Shown: piece by piece, positions 9,500 through 17,931 of the stretch
How the letters are laid out: each line of letters begins with the position of its first letter
How positions within the stretch are numbered: the first letter of the stretch is position 1
From: a virus
IMG/VR virus record: IMGVR_UViG_3300025892_000010
Length of the DNA: 64,000 bases
Reading direction: 5' to 3' (one strand)
Made by a program: the position numbers and the translations under genes
Notes under the pieces: model-generated
Database searches by the model: none
Seen by the model: only the letters and a program-made list of their open reading frames with translations
Told to the model about the DNA's origin: nothing

Positions 9500-10204
9500 T
9501 TACAAGTAGGGTTGGTTTTCTGAAACAAACGGAAACAAGTTGTCCGAACAGAATAATTTGATATCCTCTTCAGGTAAACCAAGTGATTGCATAACTCTAG
9601 GTGTATGTGGATTCTTTTGTTGATGTTCAGAGTAGTAATTTTGTGCTTTAATTACATCTTTCATATCAGCTTCGCCTTCGTGATTTCTAATTTTGTCAAT
9701 ATAATTATTTAAATTAGAAACGGCCATTGTACAAATTTTATTTAATTCTTCTTCTTCTCTTATATTACCAGCGGCTATCATACCTCCCGAGAAGATAGCC
9801 TTTGCCCAATCTGGTAACTCTCTCTCTTTGCTCGGTTTAAATGATTTGTTTTCTTCTATAAACCATTTTGTTAATGGGTGGTCTTTTTGTAGTAAAGGAC
9901 TAAAATCGTGAAAAGCACCTGTTACCTTTTTTTCACCTGCAATAACATCAAAACCATAAATTGGTCCACCATTTGTTAACATAGGAAATAAACATAGATG
10001 AGCCATCCAGAGACCTTTTGATTCTCTAACATCAACTACATCTAAATGAGCACGTCTAATATATCTATTATTCCAGGTTCTATTTACCCAGCCTAATTTT
10101 TCGTTATTGAATCTTTCCATACCTGGTTCTTTATATTCAACCAGATTTTTATTTAAGACTTCAATAGTCTCATTACTCCACTTTATTAGTCTGTCCCAAA
10201 TCAT
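9500..10204 (-). CDS. pcyX: Ferredoxin-dependent bilin reductase (PcyX/PcyA-like)
   Basis: RRAHLDVVD, WMAHLCLFP, PIYGFDVIAG..KVTGAFHDFSP, RELPDWAKAIFS, QN.Y...QQKNPHTPRVM; start MIWDRL at 10204; adjacent to a heme oxygenase. Confidence 0.85.
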   Translation of the reverse strand: MIWDRLIKWSNETIEVLNKNLVEYKEPGMERFNNEKLGWVNRTWNNRYIRRAHLDVVDVRESKGLWMAHLCLFPMLTNGGPIYGFDVIAGEKKVTGAFHDFSPLLQKDHPLTKWFIEENKSFKPSKERELPDWAKAIFSGGMIAAGNIREEEELNKICTMAVSNLNNYIDKIRNHEGEADMKDVIKAQNYYSEHQQKNPHTPRVMQSLGLPEEDIKLFCSDNLFPFVSENQPYL

Positions 10205-10772
10205 ACATTTCCTTAAATAGTTTTGTTGCACTTTCAAAACAAAATATTGCTTCTGGCAACACATTTACCTCATATAAATTTAAATAACTTTCAACTCGTT
10301 CTTTTACAATTCTCTTATATTCTTTTGCCTCGCCGTGTTTAAATATATAGTATCTATTAGGTCCAGGCGTTTTTTTCATTATCATTTGACCACCTGATAA
10401 ATCACCTAAATGTCTTACATAAACGTGAGCATATAATTTTTCATTCTCACCTCTAATAGTTTCTAAATGTTCAACGTAAGCTTTTGTACTTTCAGTTTGA
10501 ACAGGAGGACTACCTATATCTCCCCATAATGCTCTGTAATCATAAAAAATATGAGGCGCTCTTGGTAGATTTAATGTGTCGTGAAATAAAGAACTTTCTA
10601 AACAATACTCTTCTAGTTTTCCATAACAAATTAATTGATTATATAAGTAGGTTGCATATAATTTTTCATCAATAGTACCTGATAATAAAAGTTTAACAAA
10701 GTCTTGTCTCTCTGCGTTTTTATGATATTCCCAAGTTAAATCTTTTATTCTATACTTCTTCTCGTTGTCCAT
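10173..10772 (-). CDS. hemO: Heme oxygenase (HemO/Ho1 family)
   Basis: LT..YHKNAE (proximal His), AHVYVRHLGDLSGGQMI distal-helix motif, E....F C-terminus. Confidence 0.92.
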   Translation of the reverse strand: MDNEKKYRIKDLTWEYHKNAERQDFVKLLLSGTIDEKLYATYLYNQLICYGKLEEYCLESSLFHDTLNLPRAPHIFYDYRALWGDIGSPPVQTESTKAYVEHLETIRGENEKLYAHVYVRHLGDLSGGQMIMKKTPGPNRYYIFKHGEAKEYKRIVKERVESYLNLYEVNVLPEAIFCFESATKLFKEMYDLGQTNKVE

Positions 10773-11514
10773 AATCTCTATCACTTTCTTCTAAAAAGGG
10801 CTTTTCTCTTACAAATTGGTTATCTTCAACACCTTTTCTATGGTCAATAATTTTATTTTTATCTAAAGGATAATCTTCAGGTGTTTTATGGTCAATAAAG
10901 CCTTGTTTTACTTCTTCAATTTGTCTCTTGGCATCCATTTCTCTCCAATCACCAAACATTTTAGTTTCTTCCCATACTTCCTTTGTATTCATAAAAAAGT
11001 CAGACATACCAACAATTGCTTTGATAGTATCTTGTCTTGCTCTTGTAAATCTTTTTTTATCATAATCTTTTAATGGTAATAAAAAGGCGTTTACTTGTTC
11101 TTGTTCAACTTTTAATACATCTTTAAATAAATCTACTAATACACCATAAACAACTTGAACAGAAAATCTATTAATTGGTATTTTATAATCAGAGGACCAA
11201 GTGCCGACTAGACTATATTTTTCACAAAGATAATCTGTGCCTTCAACTAAAGCTGGTACTTTTTGATAAGCAGGTGCTCCACCGATTGTATTGTTTAAGG
11301 GAAACGGCCATAACTCTAGCCATTTATGAGTAAAATCTTTTGCGACTTCGTGAGTATCAAAGTCCCAATCTTTCATTAATAATTCTATACTATTAATGAG
11401 AAACCAAATTTGATACCAGTAAGTAGCTTGTTGCTCTTTAGGATATTGTTTAAACTTATCTGAAAAGATTTCGTGTGTTTTGAATCTTAAATAGTTTTGT
11501 TTCGTTTTATACAT
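10750..11514 (-). CDS. Hypothetical protein overlapping the heme oxygenase start
   Basis: 254-aa ORF, GAAGGA RBS, no recognised motif. Confidence 0.7.
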   Translation of the reverse strand: MYKTKQNYLRFKTHEIFSDKFKQYPKEQQATYWYQIWFLINSIELLMKDWDFDTHEVAKDFTHKWLELWPFPLNNTIGGAPAYQKVPALVEGTDYLCEKYSLVGTWSSDYKIPINRFSVQVVYGVLVDLFKDVLKVEQEQVNAFLLPLKDYDKKRFTRARQDTIKAIVGMSDFFMNTKEVWEETKMFGDWREMDAKRQIEEVKQGFIDHKTPEDYPLDKNKIIDHRKGVEDNQFVREKPFLEESDRDYGQREEV

Positions 11515-11556
11515 TATATTCCTTCATAATAAAAATAGTTAGTCAAAAACTATTTA

Positions 11557-13797
11557 TTAATCACCTGGAGATGAAGCCCAATGGGTTCGGTAGTTATTAC
11601 TACCCCAAGATGAAATCGTTTGAGTATAGTATCTGTAAGGCATAATGTCATATAGATACGTATTGTTATTACCTGCGTAACCACAAGTTAACAATTTACC
11701 GTGTGAATCTCTAGCTGCAAAGTTTTGAGCAGTTGGATAACCGTAGCAATGTAAGTCAACAAGTTTCATATTGTTAGGAACGGTACCTCTTCTTTTTCTA
11801 TGTCTGTTTTCAGAGTTACCTTCAAACGCTTGCTCTGGCATATGTTCCCAACCATCTGAATCATTACTCGGATCCGAGTTAGTACCTGAAGGATAGAAAC
11901 CTTGAGAATAACCACCGTACCATACTTCACCTGATTCATCAAGTATTAGAGGGAAATCATATTGATAAGAACCATCACCTCTGTTTTCGTTCATACCTGC
12001 AACGTATCTTACGTATTTTGGTCCTCTTAAATGAGACATCATTCCGTGAATACCACCAGAGTTGTACCAGTAACCTTGTTGTGAACGTGTACCTCTACCG
12101 CCGTATGTTCCGTAATTACCATCATTTACCCATAACATACCAGTTGATTTTTGTCTCATATACATCCATTTGTGTTCGTCACCACCACACCAAAATTCAT
12201 CAATGTCGCCGTTTAAATGGAAGTCTGTTCTTTGAAATTGTGAAATATATCTAGTTGAGTTATCACCTAAGCCGTACATACCAGGAACTTGACCATTCGT
12301 TAAGTAACCTGTGTACCACATATATCCTTCACCATCAAGTACCCAAGTACCTGCTTGTGATTGATTTGAATATGACCAATGTTGTAATAGTCTCATACCA
12401 CCGTATAAATTCCAGTTTACTTCTACTCTTCTTGGAACATAGTAATATTTTGTTCCTTGAGAAGTGTGTGAGCCTTCACCTGTTCCACCACAACCGTGTA
12501 AATTTTGTCCCCAGAACCATAAGTATCCGTCTTCATCAAGAGCGTGGAAAAACATTTCTTGGTTACCGTTTACCCACAAATCAACAATTCTTTTACCATT
12601 AAAAAATTCTTGAGGAATTTTAACAGGTCTTTTAATATGTGTTCCATAAAAAGGAAAAGTATAAGGCGAACCACCAGTAAAGTTAGTTGAGTTATTAATA
12701 CCAGGATTACCTAAACCACCTTGTCCTTCATTATTGTAACCCCACGTCCATACTGAACCGTCTTCGCCTAATGCAAACTGCATACAACCATTACTATTTT
12801 GACCTTGACCTGAAGAACCAATTTTAACCATTTTAGTTTCGTTAAATGAACGTATTGTTTCACCTAACCAATCAACGGTATCAGTTGCTGATACTCTGTT
12901 TGTGTAATTTCTGGTTGAAGTATTTGTGTTACCACCTTCATTATAACCTAATTGATATTGACCGTTATAACCAGCAGAATAAACTTCTCCGTTATTAAAC
13001 AACCACCAAGATGTGTCGTTTGCTGATATGTGTTGAATACATTTAGGTGCTTCACCATCTGGTGTCACCATATTTCCTGTGTATTCGTGACCTTTTACTA
13101 GGTCTTTATTATCAGTTGAAGTCATCCAATCAACAAAAGTAAAACCTACGTTTTTAGGAGAACCACGTCTTGCGTTACCTGATTGTCCATCACCCATACC
13201 AAATTGACCAGTCTGGTTATTACCACCGTGACCAAAAAAATCACCGTCTGAATGAATACAACCAAGTGTATAGTTGTGTTGTTGTTCTCTTGAATTTCTA
13301 CCCATATTGTACTTCCACCCTAAAGGAGCTCTATTAGTGAAAGATACAATTTTATTTCTATCTGGATGTTTGTAAGGTGATTCGTAAATTTTCACCCAAT
13401 ATTCACTTGTTGTTCCATCGTGTTCAACAACCCAAGTGTTATAACGTCTTGTTCTTTTTATACATTGGTAAATTTTTCTACCAACTGAACACATTTCTCC
13501 TGGCTCATATTGTCTGTAAAATTCCCATTCACCAACGTCATCTGTTGAACGTAAGAATAATTGCCAGTATTTTGCGTTGTCTGGTCTAAAAGACTTTTGA
13601 ACTAATCTTTGAGGATCCATTGAATAGTTGGATGTGTTAACCATCCAATCACCTGATAATGTATATGCAATAGGGCAATCTCTTATACATCTATAAGATT
13701 TACCTTTCCAAGCAACAATATCATTTTTGGAATATGCTGTTCTATCTCTCCAAGGACCTTGCCAAGTTAGTTTAAATTGTTCTAATTCAAAAGCCAT
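11557..13797 (-). CDS. RCC1-repeat (beta-propeller) virion/fibre protein, paralog C
   Basis: N-terminal W.G.W.....Y..ND.V...G..Y.C modules; repeats GEVYSAGYNGQYQLG and DGSVWTWGYNNEGQGGLG. Confidence 0.75.
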   Translation of the reverse strand: MAFELEQFKLTWQGPWRDRTAYSKNDIVAWKGKSYRCIRDCPIAYTLSGDWMVNTSNYSMDPQRLVQKSFRPDNAKYWQLFLRSTDDVGEWEFYRQYEPGEMCSVGRKIYQCIKRTRRYNTWVVEHDGTTSEYWVKIYESPYKHPDRNKIVSFTNRAPLGWKYNMGRNSREQQHNYTLGCIHSDGDFFGHGGNNQTGQFGMGDGQSGNARRGSPKNVGFTFVDWMTSTDNKDLVKGHEYTGNMVTPDGEAPKCIQHISANDTSWWLFNNGEVYSAGYNGQYQLGYNEGGNTNTSTRNYTNRVSATDTVDWLGETIRSFNETKMVKIGSSGQGQNSNGCMQFALGEDGSVWTWGYNNEGQGGLGNPGINNSTNFTGGSPYTFPFYGTHIKRPVKIPQEFFNGKRIVDLWVNGNQEMFFHALDEDGYLWFWGQNLHGCGGTGEGSHTSQGTKYYYVPRRVEVNWNLYGGMRLLQHWSYSNQSQAGTWVLDGEGYMWYTGYLTNGQVPGMYGLGDNSTRYISQFQRTDFHLNGDIDEFWCGGDEHKWMYMRQKSTGMLWVNDGNYGTYGGRGTRSQQGYWYNSGGIHGMMSHLRGPKYVRYVAGMNENRGDGSYQYDFPLILDESGEVWYGGYSQGFYPSGTNSDPSNDSDGWEHMPEQAFEGNSENRHRKRRGTVPNNMKLVDLHCYGYPTAQNFAARDSHGKLLTCGYAGNNNTYLYDIMPYRYYTQTISSWGSNNYRTHWASSPGD

Positions 13798-13818
13798 TTT
13801 TTTACCTTTTTAATTTTA

Positions 13819-14238
13819 TTATATAAGTGCTGGTAAACCTTTGTCGGTATATACAGCATTTATATCACTCTTTAATTGATTATGAGCAGTTTTTACAGCG
13901 GTTACATCATTAATTAATGCGTCATACACTTCAACTTTTGAATATGTATCATCAAAAGTTTGTTGTAATGTACTTCTTTCTAACATTAATGATGGTGTCA
14001 TTCTTAAATCTTTAAGAACCACTAAATCACCTGCGTCTGTAGCATCCATAACTTTTACACCATACTTGGTATCATTTGCACCAGTTGTTGTAATTGTTAC
14101 CTCGCCGTCATCATAGTAAGAATAACCATATCCGTCTATCGTCATCAACGCTACGGGGCCTTCTCCACTTGATACAGCAGGATGTACGTAATCATCTTCA
14201 AGAGCTATTTCTTTTACTCTGAATACTTGTTTTGCCAT
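13819..14238 (-). CDS. Hypothetical protein (fibre-associated)
   Basis: 139-aa ORF with AAGGAG RBS and its own late promoter. Confidence 0.7.
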   Translation of the reverse strand: MAKQVFRVKEIALEDDYVHPAVSSGEGPVALMTIDGYGYSYYDDGEVTITTTGANDTKYGVKVMDATDAGDLVVLKDLRMTPSLMLERSTLQQTFDDTYSKVEVYDALINDVTAVKTAHNQLKSDINAVYTDKGLPALI

Positions 14239-14262
14239 TTTAGTTTTCTCCTTTAGTATTAT

Positions 14263-14270
14263 TATTTATA
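14263..14270 (-). promoter_or_regulatory. T4-type late promoter TATAAATA
   Basis: Exact intergenic motif. Confidence 0.75.
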
Positions 14271-14279
14271 ATATAATTA

Positions 14280-17200
14280 TTATCTTCCGTGGCCTTGATT
14301 ATAAGCCTGACCATTTGTTGAAGTCCAACCGTGTGTCCACCAATTGTGTCCTGTCATCCAGTTGTTTCTTCCCCAATGATAAATTTTTCCGTGTTCATCT
14401 GTGTATCTGTAACCACCAGCATATTCAGAACCACCTTGGTCATCTGTTGTGATGTGCATAGTTATTACTCTAGCGCCAGCAGGTGTCACCCAATGGAAAG
14501 GATAGTAATTACCGTCTTCACCTTGCCAGTTTGTACCCGCCTGTGGTTGCAACATAGAATTTCTTGAGTCATAACCATAACAATAATTTTCACCACTATC
14601 AGTTATCCAAAATGCTCTACCTTGGTCTGAATGGTTACAAGAAACATAAGCTTCTTTAATATTGGTTACTTTCTGCATAGTTTGAGGTGTACTATATGAA
14701 CCATTAGTACCAGTACCACCTATGTAATAAGATTGTGAAGAACCTACGTGATAACAAGTACCATCTTTTGTTCTCATATACATTGTTTTGTAACCGTTCC
14801 AGTACATAACCCAAATATCAACAATATCACCACCTGGTGCAACTTCAGTTTTTGTTAACTGCGTGTTGTTATTTGTTGTACCATCACCAAAGTTACCGTA
14901 GTTATTTTCACCACAATTCCATATGTAGCCATTACCATCTAGTAAGGTTACCCAACCATCATCACCATTACCTTGAATTTGCCATACTGCGATACCGTTG
15001 TTAGCAACAGGATCCCAACCTTGCATTTTTGTAGGTCTGTATTTGTCAGTTGTAGTTGTATCACCTAATTGGCCGATACCGTTATTACCGAAAGCGTAAA
15101 TGTGGTCGCTTGCTGTTCTAACATATGAACTTCTATTTGTTGTAGCAATATCAATAATTTTTTCGTTATCAAAATACTTATTAGGTATTCTGTAAGGTGC
15201 ATTTTTATTTTGTGTTCTACCGTCACCTAATTGACCTTGGTCATTATAACCCCAAGACCATACCGTACCTTTATCGTCAAGTGCTAGAGTATGATTTGTA
15301 TTATCGCCCCAATGGTCATTGGTTACTTTAACAACTTTTACGTCTTCTAAACCGTGAACTCTAAAAGTACCGTTTCTATCGCCTTGTTCAGTACCGATAC
15401 CCATTTCACCGTTTGAAGATTCACCCATTACATATAATTCTCCGTTATCCATTAACCAATAACATCTTTCACGACCTTCTTGAATTTGAATACATCTAGG
15501 AGTGTGTAATGGTTTTCTTACCGTACTTCTATTTCTACCTCTATTTTCATTGTAGCCTGTGTAGTTTAAGTCTTCACTTCTCCACCAGTCTCTCCATCTA
15601 AAATTAATTTCGTGATAGTATGAAGAATAATAAGAACCGTATGTTTGGAAACCTGTTCTAGGATAGTTAATACCCCAGGCAACACCATTTTTATCAATAT
15701 GTCTATATTGTGAATCTTGGTGTGAAACCGTCATTGTGTGGTGTTTGTATGGCCAAGCAATTGGACCTTTGTTAGGATACCAAGCGTGTTGTTCATTATT
15801 AGTATTTGTTTGTTGTCCAAAATCTTCCCAATCGTTCCAGTATGAACGTATGTGAGCAGGATATTCTTGATATGTTTCTTTAATTAGTTTACCACTTGTT
15901 GTTGTAGATTTTGTCATCAATGGAGAAGTAGTCATTTCTTGAGGACCATAATGAGGAGGTCTACCTTTTGAATCTCTTATACATCTATACATACCAGTTG
16001 GCGACATAGGTTGAAATTCAGCCTTTGTACCGTCTGGTCTTCTTTTTCTTTTTCTATAAATTACAACATCATTGTATTTGTAATGAGTATGAGGGTCGTA
16101 CTCACCTCTAAATCTGATACCTGTTTGCATCCTGTCCCAATGTTTGTAACCTCTCCAAGTTTCTTCAACGTTCCAACCTAAATCTTGGTACATATCATTT
16201 TTTGAAGCTGCTAAACAGAAAGGATAAATCTGTTGACTTCTCATTTTAAAGAAGCCGATTGGTATATAAATTTCTACGTGTCTGTCTTGATTTTTCTTCC
16301 AAGAGTATTGTTGACCACCTCTTGTTAAACCATTTTCAGTTGTGTATGCTGGCATATCACCTGTGTAAGATGAACCATCATTTGATATACTATCTGTAAA
16401 AGTTGTTTTGTATTGAGCTTCTGTAACCTGTTTATTGTTTAAGAAGTATCTTACAATACCATTTTTGTTAGCACCTCTGTACATAGGAATGTTTGAAGGA
16501 GCGTATGCTCTTGCTCTTGAATTAGGAGTTATTGTGTCTGCTGACCAACCCATTCCAGAGTGTTGTGTGCAATAGTAGTAAAGTTTATCAATACCTTTTC
16601 TAATTTTAATTTCTGTGTATGCACCTTTTTTACCAGGTGTACCTACAACGGTTACGCCAGTTGTATATTCTGAACCTGAAGCGTGTGTTCCGTTAGCAGT
16701 TGTAGAAAATCTTAATGGGTGTCCTGTATTTGAGGCGTCTGATTGGTCAAATCTGTAAGTTTTACCTTCACTTAAATTTAATGCAACATCACCTGTAGCA
16801 GTTGAACCATTAATTGAATATTTGTTTGTTGAACCTGTGTTATAGTAAGGATGATTAGTAGGGTTACCTGAAACTACAGCAACCTCTAAAATTCTTTCAT
16901 CAACAGCAGTTGGGTCAATCATATCAGGTAAATAAAAGTTTGTAGAACTTTCATTACTTACCGTTTCATTATTAGGACCTCTTTGTATTTCAGAAAAATT
17001 AATTGTAGCACTTGAACCTGCGCCACCCATTCTAGTATCTTCAGCATTTGCACCTGCAGCTGATAGATATAAAGGATAGAAAACACCTGAATCACCTGTT
17101 GTAGTTTCACCAATTACAAAATATGGTCCGTCTTCATCAGCGGCTAATGATGTACCTGGTGTTGCGTTATGAATACCATCAGCAGTTGTTGAAAAGCCTA

Positions 17201-17909
17201 ATGGAAAAGTTTTATTTGATTCGTCTCTTTGGTCAAATCTGTATTTGTATCCTTCTTTGAAGTGTGTAAAGTGTCTGAAACCACCACCATTACCACCAAA
17301 GTTTTCTCTACCTAAATCTATACTAGGTAATCTGTTATCAAATTTAAATCTGTTTGAAGGAGATGTTTGAACATCTACTCTAAATTGGTTTTCTACTGGT
17401 ATATAATTTTGAAAAATTGAAATTTTGTTTGTATTTAACTCACCATAACCGAAGAAATTACCTCTGTCTCCCATAACGTAATCTTCCTGGTCATTTAGTA
17501 AATGAGCTTGATAGTCTAGTAAGTAACCACCGTTAGCAGAGTTATTTGAAAACCAGTTTGCTTGGCCAAATCTTTGACCATTTCTAGTTGACTCTTGCGT
17601 GTTTTCGTCACTACCATATCTTGAAGTATTGATAATAGGATTACCTGTTTCATTACTTCTTTGGAAGTCATCATCTAATACGTGATAACCTCTTCTAAAA
17701 TCGGGGTCGTTTGAGTATGTTCTTGTCCAAAAATAACCTGTGTTTTTATCACCAGGAGCATAGTTGTCATAACCATTTGATAAGTAAGGATTAGTACAAA
17801 TCCACAAAGAGTTGTCAAACCAACAAACGTCATCTTTACGATAGTTAGTATCGTTATTCCAATCTCCTTGGAAACTAAATTTTACTCGTCCTAAATTTAT
17901 TTTTGCCAT
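14280..17909 (-). CDS. RCC1-repeat virion/fibre protein with cupredoxin-like domains, paralog B
   Basis: N-terminus LGRVKFSFQGDW...Y.KDDV; HPLRF...YYYCTQHSGMG; RCC1 repeats GTVWSWGYNDQGQLGDG and IYAFGNNGIGQLGD. Confidence 0.75.
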   Translation of the reverse strand: MAKINLGRVKFSFQGDWNNDTNYRKDDVCWFDNSLWICTNPYLSNGYDNYAPGDKNTGYFWTRTYSNDPDFRRGYHVLDDDFQRSNETGNPIINTSRYGSDENTQESTRNGQRFGQANWFSNNSANGGYLLDYQAHLLNDQEDYVMGDRGNFFGYGELNTNKISIFQNYIPVENQFRVDVQTSPSNRFKFDNRLPSIDLGRENFGGNGGGFRHFTHFKEGYKYRFDQRDESNKTFPLGFSTTADGIHNATPGTSLAADEDGPYFVIGETTTGDSGVFYPLYLSAAGANAEDTRMGGAGSSATINFSEIQRGPNNETVSNESSTNFYLPDMIDPTAVDERILEVAVVSGNPTNHPYYNTGSTNKYSINGSTATGDVALNLSEGKTYRFDQSDASNTGHPLRFSTTANGTHASGSEYTTGVTVVGTPGKKGAYTEIKIRKGIDKLYYYCTQHSGMGWSADTITPNSRARAYAPSNIPMYRGANKNGIVRYFLNNKQVTEAQYKTTFTDSISNDGSSYTGDMPAYTTENGLTRGGQQYSWKKNQDRHVEIYIPIGFFKMRSQQIYPFCLAASKNDMYQDLGWNVEETWRGYKHWDRMQTGIRFRGEYDPHTHYKYNDVVIYRKRKRRPDGTKAEFQPMSPTGMYRCIRDSKGRPPHYGPQEMTTSPLMTKSTTTSGKLIKETYQEYPAHIRSYWNDWEDFGQQTNTNNEQHAWYPNKGPIAWPYKHHTMTVSHQDSQYRHIDKNGVAWGINYPRTGFQTYGSYYSSYYHEINFRWRDWWRSEDLNYTGYNENRGRNRSTVRKPLHTPRCIQIQEGRERCYWLMDNGELYVMGESSNGEMGIGTEQGDRNGTFRVHGLEDVKVVKVTNDHWGDNTNHTLALDDKGTVWSWGYNDQGQLGDGRTQNKNAPYRIPNKYFDNEKIIDIATTNRSSYVRTASDHIYAFGNNGIGQLGDTTTTDKYRPTKMQGWDPVANNGIAVWQIQGNGDDGWVTLLDGNGYIWNCGENNYGNFGDGTTNNNTQLTKTEVAPGGDIVDIWVMYWNGYKTMYMRTKDGTCYHVGSSQSYYIGGTGTNGSYSTPQTMQKVTNIKEAYVSCNHSDQGRAFWITDSGENYCYGYDSRNSMLQPQAGTNWQGEDGNYYPFHWVTPAGARVITMHITTDDQGGSEYAGGYRYTDEHGKIYHWGRNNWMTGHNWWTHGWTSTNGQAYNQGHGR

Positions 17910-17931
17910 AGTTTTTAATCTCTCTTATTAT

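Noticed and set aside
9500-10772. Cyanophage assignment based on bilin genes and the glnA riboswitch
   Set aside because: No psbA, hli, petE or cpeT-type genes in this window, and the reductase motifs look PcyX-like rather than PebS-like. The host remains an inference.
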